Notes under the pieces: model-generated | What the model was told of the DNA's origin: nothing | Database searches by the model: none | What the model saw: the letters and a program-made list of their open reading frames with translations, nothing else | NCBI GenBank assembly: GCA_951406725.2 | Contig: OX597819.1 | Location: 58,838,001-58,902,000 of the forward strand | DNA: 64,000 bases | Direction of reading: 5' to 3' | From: Octopus vulgaris | Lineage: Eukaryota | Shown here: piece by piece, positions 40,240-54,036 of the stretch | Position numbering within the stretch: position 1 is the stretch's first letter | Layout of the letters: every line of letters begins with the position of its first letter | Program-made: the position numbers and the translations under genes

Positions 40240-41066
40240 CTAAAGTGCATCAGGACCCTAGGACACTAAACTGCATCTGAACCCTAGGACACTAAACTGC
40301 ATCAGGACCATAGGACACTATAGTGCATTAGGACCCTGGGACACTAAACTGCATCTGAACCCTAGGACACTAAACTGCATCAGGACCATAGGACACTAAA
40401 GTGCATCTGGACCCTAGGATACTAAAGTGCATCTGGACCATACGACACCAAACTGCATCAGGACCATAGGACACTAAATTGCATCTGGACCATAGGATAC
40501 TAAACTGCATCTGGACCATAGGATACTACTGTGCATTTGGACCATAGGACACTAAACTGCATCAGGACCATAGGACACTAAAGTGCATCAGGACACTAAA
40601 ATACATTTGGACCATAGGACACTAAACTGCATCTGGACACTAGGACACTAAACTGCATCTGGACCCTAGGACACTAAGCTGTGTTTAGTGTCCTTGGGTC
40701 CTGCTGCAGTTTAGTGTTCTATAGTCCAGATGCACTTTAGTGTCCTATGTTCCAGATGCACTTTCATGTCCTATGGTCCTGATGCAGTTTAGTGTCCCAG
40801 TGTCAAGGTGCACTTTAGTATTCTCGGGTCCAGATGCAGTTTAGTGTCCTAGGGTTCTGATGCATTTTAGTGTCCTATAGTCCAGATGCACTTTAGTGTC
40901 CTAGGGTCCAGATATACTTTAGTGTCTTATAGTCCAGATGCTAAAGTGCATGAGCACCATATGCACTTTAGTGTCCTATGTTCCAGATGCACTTTAGTGT
41001 CCTAGGGTCCAGATTCAGTTTAGTGTTCCAAGGTGCTGATGCACTTTAGTGTCTTATGGTCCAGAT
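40240..41066. repeat. 26-bp minisatellite arranged as two inverted arrays
   Basis: GGACCATAGGACACTAAACTGCATCT about 17 times (40240-40677), then its reverse complement about 14 times (40685-41066). Confidence 0.93.
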
Positions 41067-41107
41067 ATATATATACATGTATATATATGCACACATATAT
41101 ATATATA

Positions 41108-41421
41108 AGCATTAACCACATGGTTCCGAGTTCAATCCCACTGTGTGACAGCTTGGGCAAGTGTCTACTATAGCCCTGGGCCGACCAAAGCCTTGTGAAT
41201 GGATTTAGTGGACGGAAACTGAAAGAAACCCACCACCATCGCTTGACAACTGATGTTTGTGTGTTTACGTCCCCATTAACTTAATGGTTCGGAAAAAGAG
41301 ACCAATAGAATAAGTACTAGATTTACAAAGAATAAGTCCTGGAGTCGATTTGTTCGGCTAAAAGCGGTGCTCCAGCATGGCCGCAGTCAAATGACTGAAA
41401 CAAGTAAAATGGGTAAAAAAA

Positions 41422-41425
<4 letters not shown>
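41108..41425 (+). mobile_element. Family B SINE
   Basis: Homologous to 10028-10416 but without the internal microsatellite. Confidence 0.85.
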
Positions 41426-41459
<34 letters not shown>

Positions 41460-41555
41460 AGAGAGAGGGGGGAGGAGAGAGAGAGAGAAACAAAGACAGG
41501 ACAACAGAGACAGAGAGGGGGAGACAGACAGACAAACATAGACAGACAGACAGAC

Positions 41556-41630
<75 letters not shown>

Positions 41631-42414
41631 AATCTTCCCCAATGTCATCAAAACAACACATGGAGTCTATGGCGGACAGAATAGTTGTGATACTCCACAG
41701 GTGTCCATTAAAAGTTATACATTCCATCGACCCTGGTTTATTATAGTTTGAGAAGCAATATAAATACTTACAACCACATCCATATGTAAGATAAGCGTTT
41801 TATAGGTTGGTACGGTGGAGGATAATACGGTAGAAACAAATCCTAGTTAAGATTATTTACAGATGTACAAGTTACTTATCATAAACAATTTTGCCTTTTG
41901 AATGTTTTTTATTCTATTTTTGTAATATATAATAATAATATTCCCTTGTTGTTTCTTAAACAATTATAGTTATTGTAATTGTTCCTATTGTTTGGTGGTT
42001 TTCGGGATTTTTGTACGTGTTCCTACTTTTTCACAGATTTTCTCATTTAATTTTGATAATTATTGATGTTCAACGAGAATAAACGCCGGTTTTTAATTGC
42101 TACATTCGTGCCGCCTTAATAGGATCGGCCGAATTAATAAATAACAAACTAAATAGAAAGTTGTAGCTATGGCTGTCTTCTGTATGTTTTAATAATTTCA
42201 GAATTGCTCAGACTTGTGAGTTTCCTCTTTTTTCAGTGTTGTTTATTCAGATGTCAGCTGCAAGCATTCTCGAAAGCTCTCACTGCAAGTCTTCGTAAGT
42301 GACGTCTTTAGCTTTGTATTGAATGAACTTCCTTCCTGATAGTACAGATATATCTACCAGTTGACAGGCTTTCTTTGTCGTCTTCAAAATCAATATCTGG
42401 TACAGAACCAGCGA

Positions 42415-42795
42415 TATTCATTCATCCAGCCATTTTCTCCGCCCGCTATTCCTGGGAGGGTCGTGTCCTTGTAGAGTAGAGTCCTCGGGCACCTCCGTCA
42501 TATAGTTCTATCAGAAGCAACCGCAATTATATTTTCCGGATAGGTTTCCAAATATGACCAACTAAGACGATTGGTATCATCCAACCATCTAGTTCTTGGT
42601 CTGTCCCTAGGTCTCCTGCAAGTTGGATCGGCTTGAAGAATCTGTCTTGCGATTCTTTCCTGCGACATTCTAATAACATATTCATAACACTGTAACTGTT
42701 GCTTCTCAATGCCGATAAGAAGCAGCTCGACCTGGAGAGACGCTTTGATCTCTGACCCATGCACCCTGTCATTATTTATTAGATTGACCAAATGG
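42415..42795 (-). mobile_element. RTE-clade LINE 3' end
   Basis: IEKQQLQCYEYVIRMSQERIARQIL....RRPRDRPRTRWLD is typical of the RTE C-terminus; short (GAAT) tail. Confidence 0.8.
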
Positions 42796-43065
42796 GTTAT
42801 AACTTAATCATGATTGACCAGTATCGAAGATTAACTTTTACTATTTATTGCCTATATAAATGCTTTCATAATTTTTAATGGATGAATTGGCAAACAGTGA
42901 TTCTACAATTGATTTCAGCACGGGGCATCTTCGGCAAGTGTCTCTTACCATGCTTCCTGATTAATCCAAGCCTTACACGGAAAATTTAAGTCTACGGAAA
43001 CTGTGTACACTCGTCAGTTGAATTATACCTGTTCTTGGAAGGTAGTCACCTAGTTTTAGTACTTA

Positions 43066-43515
43066 TGTATTTCTTTATTGCCCACAGGGGGCTAAACATA
43101 GAGGGGACAAACAAGGACAGACAAACGGATTAAGTCGATATTATCGATTCCAGTACGTAACTGGTACTTATTTAATCGACCCCGAAAGGATGATAGGCAA
43201 AGTTGACCTCGGCCGAATTTGAACTCAGAACGTAACGGCAGACGAAATACCTATTTCTTTACTACCCACAAGGGGTTAAACACAGAGGGGACAAACAAGG
43301 ACAGACAAACGGATTAAGTCGATTATATCGACCCCAGTGCGTAACTGGTACTTAATTTATCGACCCCGAAAGTATGAAAAGCAAAGTCGACCTCGGCGGA
43401 ATTTGAACCCAGAACGTAGCGGCAGACGAAATACCGCTAAGCATTTCGCCCAGCATGCTAATGTTTCTGCCAGCTCGCCTCTTTTGCTAACGTTTCTGCC
43501 AACTCGCCGCCTTCA
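43066..43515 (-). mobile_element. Family A SINE dimer
   Basis: Two ~180-bp units joined at GAAATAC|CTATTTCTTT. Confidence 0.88.
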
Positions 43516-44328
43516 TATACCTCCTCTTCTACCATATGTAATCTCCTATTACTCCTACCATATGTAATCTCCTACTATGCCGTCATTATCTGCATCTTAC
43601 TTGTACACTTTATGTTTTAAAACTTTAAAAGCAAATAAGAGGCACGGATGGATTTATCTAGAAATTCCTTCCTAGTTGTAAAACTGAGTCATTTGTTTTA
43701 CTATGTAATTAGTCAGGCAGTTCTGGGACGTGATTTAGTCCATTGATATGAAACTACCGAATACTTTTAAAAGCGTTGGTAGGAAACTTGTTCGCAATCT
43801 GTCACTGTTGTTGTTATTATTGTCGTTGTTGTAGTTGTTGATGGTGATTGCAGTGGTTGTGGCGGTGGTAGTAGTAGGTGGGTATCTATTTTTAAAACTT
43901 TATCTCAAACAATTTTCATGTTTCTCCATTCCTTGTTCTATGCAGGAGGAAATACAATTTTAGCTGAACACCAGATAAGACTTCGTCTTCCTATAAAATT
44001 TGGTTTTGTCATTCAAAACACGCTTTATTCATGCATTACCACGCGAAAGTTTCTTTTAAAATTATATTTACGTCCATTACGTTTTTGCATCCAAAATGGC
44101 TACCACACATAATTATGCTATACGATAAAACAACGCAGTAGCAAAAAAAAAAAGGTAGAACAAACTTAAAATACACAACTATACGAACAAAAGAAAGAAC
44201 AAGAGAATTGACTGAAGAAAATGTTGTAAATACTCAAATAAATCATTTGGAATCTAGTAGCACTGAATGGCAGCATTAATAGCGGTAGCGACTCACGGGA
44301 GATTATGAATACTTGGGACCCGTATATA

Positions 44329-44552
44329 CGAAGGATTGCTGAAAAGTTTCTGGCTTTGGGTAAAAGAAAATACAGGAGGATCAAGTAATCATGATTTCTA
44401 TTCAACGTATTCCCTCTCAGATTCACACACTTATTGCAGCTGTCCTTTAGTTGTTGTTTTTTTTAAGCCCTGTAAAAAAACTCGGGAGGTTTGGCCTCCA
44501 GCCAGGCCTTTTGCGATATTCTTAAAACCAGGAACTTTCTAGCACCCCCTTG
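44329..44552. mobile_element. Tc1/mariner-type MITE
   Basis: TA|CGAAGGATTGCTGAAAAGTTTCTGGCTTT ... AAACCAGGAACTTTCTAGCACCCCCTTG|TA; second copy at 57921. Confidence 0.85.
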
Positions 44553-46289
44553 TATAGCAGCTGTGTGAAAGCAAATATCACTTCCATACAAACTGAACAA
44601 ATGAAATTTTGGGTATCTATCACAGTAACATGAAAAATAATATGTAGAGTTATGATTTATATAAAGCCCGATAGCACTTCTTTGCAACATGAGATAATCC
44701 AGGAGAGATCGAAGAGAAAAATTATTTATATCTCTGCTTACGGAAAGACAGAAGCGGATTAAATTTTCCTTCACATTAAGTCGTTTAACAAGCTCTCCAC
44801 GTCATATCAGGAAAAATTTAACTCAATTGAATAAAGGCAAAAGCTATTGCACTATTTGTTGTACCTTTCAAACAAAAGACGCAACCAAAACATCGGCTGA
44901 AATTGTCTGATTATATATTTGTGACCCAATACATGGTCACAGAATCATAATAAAAGATATTGAACTGAATGTAGTTTCATTGCTAGTTGTAACTTTTGTG
45001 TTACAGTATGGGATTATGGTCAAATAATGCTTAACGAAAAGCTACCCGTGGTAAGGTGGCTTCAAAATGGACTTGCAATTTTTAATACTCCCTGGAGATC
45101 ACAGAAGCATGCAAGAATTGTACTTTGTAGGAGGCACCGAGGCAATAAAACATCAGATTAATGATAAGGGTGGAGAAACTAATTGTCGGAGTAAAACACA
45201 TCTTGGAGATAAATACTCAGAAGAACTGGAAAGACTAAGTAAAAACAAAGTAAACGAAAATAATGATGAGCAACAACGAAAAGAACGACAAACTACACTT
45301 TCGAAAGCACCATTATCTAAAACTCTGGGAATAACAAAGGAGATAACTTAGGCCCGGTATGCTAAATAGATGAGCAAATACCTCGATTCCTAACAGTACA
45401 AATTTGTAATACTAAAACTATCGTGAGATGAGAAGGAAACAATAATTACAGAAGAAAATTTCCAAATGCTTGATGGAAATGCGAATTAATAAAAGGAGGA
45501 AATTAGAGAAAAAGAAGACTCAATATAAACAACATATGAGGAAGAACAATTTCATTCAAATGACAGCGAAATTACACCTCAGAAAAATAAGGAAGATCAA
45601 GAAAACAATGAAGAAGAATTGAATTTCAAAGTTCTTTGAAAATCAATCAAAAAGTTAATTGACAAAAGCTACGCAAGCTCCCGAAGATGTTGATATGACA
45701 CAAAAACAGAATATAAACAACATGCAAAAGATAGAGTGATAATAAACTTAAAACTAAGACTTTGTGCCCAACTTAAAAGAGAATAACTAAGTTGGTGTTT
45801 TTCGACGTCAAATATCTCAACAAAAATATGCTTACCAGTGGATTTGGGTTGCACTCAGATTCCGTTTGGTAAATGAGAAATGGTTAAAGGTATGGGATCG
45901 TAGAGTACCCTAATTCAACCTAGGCAGAAATCTTACATGGTTTTCTTCTTTAAATGACATCGTTTTAATTATAGTATTTATTGTACTTTTTTGATTTAAG
46001 CACAAACATATGTATCTATGCATAAATATATATGTGCATATATGAATGTGCTTATGCGTACGTATGCGTGTACGAGTGTGAATGTGAGTGGATATGCCTT
46101 TAAAATTCTTAATACGTTCTCCCTAAATATTGTATTACGTCTCGGAACCCCTTTCATAATTTGCAAACTTTTTTTCTCACTCTACGTTACTCTTTCTTTC
46201 TCTCTATCTCCCCAGAGATAGTTTCCTATTGTTTGTGTCTCTTTGAGTCGTTATCGCTAATAGAGATCATTATTATTATTGTTATTGAT

Positions 46290-46514
46290 AAGGCAGCGAG
46301 GTGGCAGAATCGTTAGCATGTGGGACGAAATGCCTAGAGGCACTTCGTCCGTCTTTACGTTCTGAGTTCAAATTCCGCCGAGGTCGACTCTACCTTTCAA
46401 CTTTTCGGGGTCGATAATTTAAGCACTAGCGAAACACTGGGATCGATGTAGTCCATTAGTCCCCTCCTCCAAAATGTCAGGCCTTGTGCTTTAGTAGAAC
46501 GGATTATTATTATG

Positions 46515-46553
<39 letters not shown>

Positions 46554-46775
46554 GATAAGGCGGTGAGCTGAGAAAATCGCTGATACGCCGGGCAAAAAGC
46601 GGCATTTCGTCCGTCTTTACGTTCTGGGTTAAAGTTCCGCCGAAGTCGACTTTGCCTTCCATCCTTTCAGAATCGATAAAATAAGTACCAGTTGAACACT
46701 GGGATTGATGTAATCGACTCATCCCCTCCTTCAAAATTGCTGCGATTGTGGCAAAATTTGAAACCATTATTATTA
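46290..46775 (+). mobile_element. Two family A SINEs separated by (TTA)n
   Basis: Heads at ~46290 and ~46557, each with body and tail. Confidence 0.85.
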
Positions 46776-46777
46776 TT

Positions 46778-47330
46778 GAGTGAGAGAGTAGCGTATGCCA
46801 TCAAAGTGACACTGGGTTACAAATATACGTAGCTTAATATACTCATCATGATTACCCGTCTGATAAGGGTACCAGGCACATACATCACAACCATATGTTC
46901 GCGATATGGTTACCTCTTATCAAGATAAACAGCGTATGACCTTGCAGGTGGGGCCCAGTTACAATTTTCTTCAGGTCGAGTAGCCCATCCTGCTCAAAAG
47001 GTCCTTGGATAAGGTTTCTTTAAGGATGATGAACAAAACACCCATGTTTCCAGAGGTGAATTATTCAAACCCCAAAGAATACCTCTCAACACATGACTAC
47101 GATGCTCCCCCACTACTTCTGCTTGTGATCAGAAATGCACAAATCGTTAGCCACTAAGGGACATGCTCAATCGGTTAATTTCAAGTAACTGACAAGCAAA
47201 TCTATGGTATTGAGCAGAATATTTGCTGTAGCCCATCTTTTTATATCAAGACAAAACATGTATATTATACAAGTTCCAATCAGTTAAGCCATGAGAACCA
47301 CTGCCTGGTACTGCATTAGGGCACTTATTA
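46778..47330. mobile_element. Unclassified ~550-bp insertion in (TTA)n
   Basis: A higher-complexity block bounded by TTA-rich sequence; no ORF recognised. Confidence 0.35.
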
Positions 47331-47334
47331 ACAT

Positions 47335-47644
47335 TATTTTTTATGCGCCTTTTTCAAGCCTAACCAGGCTCGTGGGCCCAGTTACCCGGTTTATATGGCG
47401 TATGTGTTCCCCCCAGCTGGACAGGACCCCAGTCCATCGCAGCGTTACTCAAGAAACAGGAAGGAAGAGTGAGAGAAAGTTGGAGCGAAAGAGTACAACA
47501 GGGGTCTCCACCACCCCCTGCCGGAGCCTCGTGGAGCTTTAGGCGTTTTCGCTCAATAAACACACAACGCCCGGTCTGGGAATCGAAACTGCGATCCTCC
47601 GACCGCGAGTCCGCTGCCTTAACCACTGGGCCATTGCGCCTCCA
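47335..47644 (-). mobile_element. SINE with family C1 head and an alternative 3' half
   Basis: 47455-47644 matches 11550-11743; 47335-47450 is unrelated to the C1 tail. Confidence 0.85.
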
Positions 47645-48895
47645 CTATTATCATTATTTGATGAAAACTTTCAGATTATTTTGTTGGGTATGATGGAAAG
47701 TGTCAGCTGTCCACAGCCAGCATATTAAGGTGACCCTTGTTTACTGGTCATGCTTCAAGAACCCTGCGAAGAATTCTTGCAGCTCCAAGCAATGCAGATG
47801 TTTTATCTTTATATTTGTACCAATCATGCTGGTAGTTGAGCGCTGATACTTCCAAATGCACCAGTTACTATTAGGATCATGTCTACTCTCCTCATTGACC
47901 ATAACCTTCGTATTTTCCACTACAAATCGTCGTAGTTGTTCAGTTTTTCTTCTTCCTTTTTGATCCTGTTGCCACCTGGACATACTATGTCGATTATCAT
48001 GCATGTTCTTTCTTTTTCATTCACCACAACAATGTTCGGTTTCCGATGACTGGTCGAGTGATCGTACTGAATCACTGCATCCCTCAGGATTTTACAGTCT
48101 TCATTCTCACTGACTCCTTGTTTAATTCTAACAACAAAACTCCCTAACAGAGGGAAACGCTACGCAAGAGCAACCAAAGAATCCCTCAGATCCCGAACTT
48201 CTCTACTCACTGGGCGTTCTTTAATTCTTTAATTTGGAAAGGAATACTTAAAAATCGACCGAGACAGCTCCAAAGGAGACTGCGGGAAGTTGAAAAACCT
48301 TAAAACGTATAGTCCTCTTCTCTGTTTTGTATTCCGCGGCCCAACGAACCACAGGCCAATTGCTTTAAAAGATGAGCAATAAAACATCTCATTTCCATTT
48401 GCATATACATCCGGAATTAGAGTAAGCATGTACGAAAGAAATTCTTTAATTTGGAAAGGAATACTTTCCAAGAAAGCTCCAAAGGAGACTTCGGGAAGTT
48501 TAAAAACATTAAAACATATAGGAATTCAGTGAAGGTAGGGAAAAGAAAGGGGAACTAAAACTTATTAATTAAGTGTAACCCAAATATCCTCTGCTTTTCT
48601 CAGCGTTTTCATTAAGTTTTAAGTTATTAAGCAGTTTTTAGACTATAATCCTTGAAATGGAATTGTCAGCAATTCCATTTACCCTACAAGCAAAATATCA
48701 TATTCAATTTCAAGTAACACTGCTGAGAAAGAAATAATTGTGTGTTTATGCAAAAATTTAAAGACCTGATGTTCTTTACTTGTTTATTTTTATTCGTTTT
48801 ATTTTGTTTATTTCTTTATATATTTTGTTATTATTATATATGTATACTTTATATTTTTCTTTTTTTATCAATGGTCTCTCTCTCTCTTTCTGTGT

Positions 48896-48929
<34 letters not shown>

Positions 48930-49311
48930 TGCATGTAAGTATGTATATGCGTGAGAATGTATTTGAATATGCGTACGTGTACGAGAGTACGAGTTGAAAA
49001 TTATATACTCACACACATACGCATATATATATATAAATATATATACATTTATATGCACATATATATACGTACACACACACATATACATGTGCACGCGAGT
49101 GTATGTATATGTGTTTAGGTATATATATGTACGTCTGTGGGCTGTGTGCTTGTTATGTATGCTTGTGTGTGTGTGTGTGTGTGTATTACTTTACTTGTCT
49201 GTTCGTAATTTAATTGTAATAAAAGGTGACGATACTGAAACGCAGGCAAATTTATGTAGGAAACCGTTAAAATGCAAGCTCTCATTAAACTGTTTCTAAT
49301 TTCATGCATTT

Positions 49312-49406
<95 letters not shown>

Positions 49407-49474
49407 GTCACCGCAAAGAAATTCAAGTATGTACAAATACACACATAAAGATTCATGTGTACTAGAAACTATAG

Positions 49475-49805
49475 TGAATGGATCCTCCGTCGGTTTTCGC
49501 GATGAGTATTCGCTTGATCGATCATCTGAGCAGCTACTCATTAGAACAACATATCAAAGGTTGGGTATTCCACAAACATGTGTAATCTTAGCGCAATCAC
49601 CATGCCAAATCAGTATGATACAGTGTGTAAGAGTATAATCCATCTAACCGGATTCAGCACAGTTTCTGTCTACACAGTTTTACTCGCTCGGTTTATATCG
49701 ACTGGATGCTCTAGTAAAAGACACTTGCCCAAGATACCAGGCTATGAAATCGATCCCGGGATCTTGTGATTACAAAGCAAGCATTTTAACCAATTCAGCC
49801 ATCTT
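49475..49805 (-). mobile_element. Old diverged SINE fragments (family C tail, family B head)
   Basis: CTCCGTCGGTT..CGATGAG and AGACACTTGCCCAAG motifs. Confidence 0.55.
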
Positions 49806-51271
49806 GGTCCACGCATATACACGCGGGCACACACACACAAATGCATGCATACATACATACATACATACATACATACATACATACATACATACATGCATGC
49901 ATGCATGCATACATATATACATACATACATACATACATACATACATACATACATACATACATACATACATACATACATACATACATACATACATACATAC
50001 ATACATACATACATACATACATACATACGTGTGTGTGTATGTATGTATGTATGTATGTATGTATGTATGTATGTATGTATGTGTGTATGTATGCATATAC
50101 GTGCATTTTTAAGCTAAAAAGAGAGGAGAAAAATCTTTCTGCTCAATCAAAGATGCATGACTTTTGCTGACCCTATGATGCTAGCAGCTGAGAAGCTACG
50201 AAGAAATAACAATTAATGGGTTTTTTGCAGTAGAAAGCAACATCAAGATACCGTGTCATCCTCAGAATCAGACCAACAGAATGGACTCCGCTAAATCCAA
50301 TGAAGGATTAGGTAGTAATATTAAACAGAAGGAAAACTAATTAAGTTTAGCAAGCTATTTTTCTAGGTTGGCATGCGTTGAACGAGTTTCACTACTCGTC
50401 ACGTGCTACGACCTTCCATCTCGATATTAGTGCAGTTATTCTTCGTCTTGGGACCAACCTCACAACATCCCGTCACTCACTACGACCCTTCGTCTCGCTT
50501 CCTCTATTGGTTTGTTTGTTTGTTTGGGCTTTTTTTCTTTGTTGGCGCCGCCAACACTTTTTTCTGCAAAATAGGGGTAGCTTATCCTGTTCAGGCTATA
50601 CATATATTTATACATATATATATATATATAATGGACCGTCTCATCGAAGACGACCTATAACAATTCAGCTTTGTCAAACGACCTGCATGAGTAATTTGTT
50701 CATAGGGATCAAATGTTTGTTCCATACATTAGTTCACTCCCTCCATCAGACCGGCGTTGTCTGAACAGGCGACAGCAAAGCATCCAGACAGTTAGATGAT
50801 TCAAAAAGGGACAAAATAAACAAGGACAGGTCATTCTGAGTTTTCTTTCGTCAGTCGAGTACCGGATTATCTTTACAGTTTCGGCTGGTTATACTCGAGA
50901 CTGCTCCAATCTGACCAGCCCCAAGGAAAATCTAAGCTAAGAGCACTAGATTCCTTGGAAGAAAGCAGCGAATTTATACGAAAAGAAGGACAGGAAAAAC
51001 GGAGAAATGGTACACAAATACAAATGCAAACGACAGGACATTAACAACAGGTGTCTTTCGACTAAAGACAAATTAAATTAAGCAGGGACATAAGTGATGA
51101 AGGAATGTAGATGTTGCACTGATATATATATATATACATATATAGTTGAGGTGTGTTCTGTTAAGAACGTATTAAGAGTACAAAAATGTATCGAAACATT
51201 TGTAGCAATTAGTAAGCTACCTAACCGTACTTACTCTTCCTTTTGACTCTTTTACCATTTTACTTTTTACT

Positions 51272-51331
<60 letters not shown>

Positions 51332-51340
51332 TGTGTGTGT

Positions 51341-51775
51341 ATAAAGCAAAGAAGTAACAAGGATGTGCGACCGTTTCAGGCGGCTCCATTTAATCGATCA
51401 ATGCAAGCATCATATCAATTTGAAATACACCGCCTTCCTCGGAAGCATAAGACCATGTATGCTTTCAACATACAAAGGATGTAATTCTTTTATTCTCTAG
51501 TTCTGATGAAAAATTTGCTTAAAAAATTATAATGGAGTATCCTGTATGTTGAAAACCTTTATGGCCTTATGCATCCGAGGAAGGCGGCATATTTCAAATT
51601 GACGTAATACTTGGATTGATCGAGTAAATGGAGCCACCTGAAACAGCCGTAATGCACTAATATCTTAACATCCTTGTTACTTATTTGCTTTTTATTCACC
51701 TTACTTCGAGCTGTACGGATAACACCGGACTGATTTGGTGCCTCAACTTAAGTACTTAATCCAACTGAATCTTAG
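51341..51775. mobile_element. Penelope-like fold-back element in (TG)n
   Basis: Imperfect inverted arms at ~51341-51480 and ~51538-51694, a unique tail at ~51695-51775, and (TG)n on both flanks. Confidence 0.7.
51570..51656 (+). ncRNA. Putative type I hammerhead ribozyme (CCGAGGA core, long stem II loop)
   Basis: TGCAT-CCGAGGA-AGGCGGC(44 nt)GCCACCT-GAAA-CAGCC-GTA-ATGCA. The inverted arm reads GCCGCCT-GAAACGGTCG, the sequence that would pair perfectly with AGGCGGC. Confidence 0.6.
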
Positions 51776-53736
51776 TGTGTGTGTGTGTGTGTGTGTGTGT
51801 AAGCATTCGTTTCGACACTTAAAGGCATCCCAGCATTTTTAGTTGCACTTCAAACTGGAGTTTAGGCAGGAAGTCAATCTGATCGCTGTGTGTATCTATC
51901 GAGGCTGAGTAAACCTAAGACACATATATGACCACAGAAATTTTCAGGCGGAGACAACGTAACATTGTGATAAAGTTTCCAGTTACAATCCTGCCAAGGG
52001 GCTTCTATAGAGAATAAGAAAGCTGAAGTGAGCCGGGTAACAGAGCCAGGAACACTCTCAATTTGTTTCCCTTAAAAGTTAATCAGACCATAAGAGGGAA
52101 CATGGTTGTTGCAGAGAGGAAAAAAGAAAAGAGTGGAAAGGGTGAAAGTTTGTAAAAAAAGCTAATTAATGAATTATAATTAAGTGGGTAATTTAGTTTA
52201 CAGTCACGAAAGTATGCAATATAGAGAATAAAGAAAAAAAACTGTTTGAGAGAGACAGAGACAGAGATATGGAGAACATTGTGAATATGAAGGGGAGAGA
52301 TGAAGAATGTGAAGAAGAATGTGATGATGAAGAAGAAGAAGAAGAAGAAGAAGAAGAAGAAGAAGAAGAAGAAGAAGAAGAAGAAGAAGAATGTGATGAT
52401 GAGAAGGAGGACGAGGAGGAAAAGGAGAGAAAGGGTTGAATCTTAAAACATATAATGCTTTTATTTCCCATAAGATGATGTCGATTAAAGTTCCCTATCA
52501 GTTCTAACACGTGCATACAGACATCACACACACTGACACACACACACACACACACACACATTCATACACGCGCGCGCGCATACATACTTGCTCACGCACA
52601 CACGATATACGATTTCACACATCCACATCCGGACAGACTGAAACAAGAATTAGGGAACTTAACAGTTTCACATATCACAACAGTGCAGATACCCTCGAGA
52701 ACTGCGAGGTCACCCTTCAATTCAAGTTGCTATGTGTGAAATTGAACCTTGTTTTCTCAGCCAAAGAAATTAAAAAAAAAAAAAGCAACAACAAAAACAG
52801 ACGCCCTTACGTAAATTGATATGGTGACACTCCTTTATGAAAACCAGGAGAAAATAGAAACTGCAGCTTAAAAAATAAATACATTACCGGAATCGTTATT
52901 TGATCTAGCGAATTTGTAATGTCTTGAGGAAAGCCAGTTCAAAATAGGCTATTTAAACACACCCGGATAACTAAAACTAAAAAAAAAATAAAATTGTCAA
53001 CGGCGATTTTGAAATGAAATTGCGAATTTCCTGACCATATGTCGATCAATTCTGAAAATAGACAAGGCAGCTTTCAATATATTTCAGGGGGTTTCGGAAG
53101 CACCATCCTGGGTAGTAATATGAAAGCATGTGGTTCATACAGATTAGTTTTGTTTTGCTGAAGTAAATGGAGATTGTCTCCCCTTCAAAAAGCACACTTT
53201 ACTGTCTGGGTCAACAAGAACTGTATCGCTGCAAGCGGTATTAAATCATAAGGAACTGCAGTACTTTTATACCTCTATTATTGTCTGCTGTTGAGTTTTA
53301 AAGGTTAAATATTTGAAACTTATTGAAAAAGAAACTCGTGAATAAAGCTCTGTGAATCTTTGGAGTAGGGAGTCAACAAAATAAAGTTAAACAATTGTTG
53401 TGTCTCACTGTATTTGACATTAAACTGTCGAAGAAATTCCAGGCACGAATGGAAAATTCTAGACCAGTATTTTTCAAACCGGTGTCAACATATGCTGCTG
53501 ACTATCATATTTACATCTGTAACCTTTCAAAGATGTGAGCCGTTGATAAAATAAAAATCTCCTCCTGAAAGTTCTCAATAAATAAAAAAAGAGAAGCCAT
53601 TATTTCAGAAGCGATGCATCTTACAATGGAACTAGACAGCAAACCTTGTGGAATAGGATTAATGCAAAGTGGATTCAATTAACGAAGGAGATTATCGAAT
53701 CGAAATTCAACCAATAACGGGATTGATAAATTATTA

Positions 53737-54036
53737 GATGCAGACGTAATTGTGTGGTTATGAAGCTCACTTTGCACCCATGTGTTTTCAGATTCAGTCT
53801 CACTACGCGATATCATGACCAAGTGTCTTCTACAGTAGCTCCTAGCGTTGACAGATACGCTGTGAGTGAATCTGATAGAAAACATCATATATGTATACAC
53901 AAACGAAGGCGTGGATGTGTGATAACAACAGGGTTCCGGGTTCAGTCCGACTGTGTGATACCTTGGGCAAGTGTCTTCTGCTATAGCCTCGGGTTGACTA
54001 AAGCCTTGTGAGTGGATTTGGTAAACAGAAACTGAA
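53737..54036 (+). mobile_element. Two family B SINE 5' halves
   Basis: CAAGTGTCTTCTACAGTAGC and CCTTGGGCAAGTGTCTTCTGCTATAGCCTCGGG. Confidence 0.75.

Noticed and set aside
45067-45790. A-rich, ORF-like stretch, possibly a LINE remnant
   Set aside because: Too decayed; no diagnostic motif could be read.
50865-50935. Minus-strand stem GGCTGGT/ACCAGCC followed by GAAACTGTA
   Set aside because: There is no CUGANGA-like box before the stem; the region is probably an unclassified repeat.
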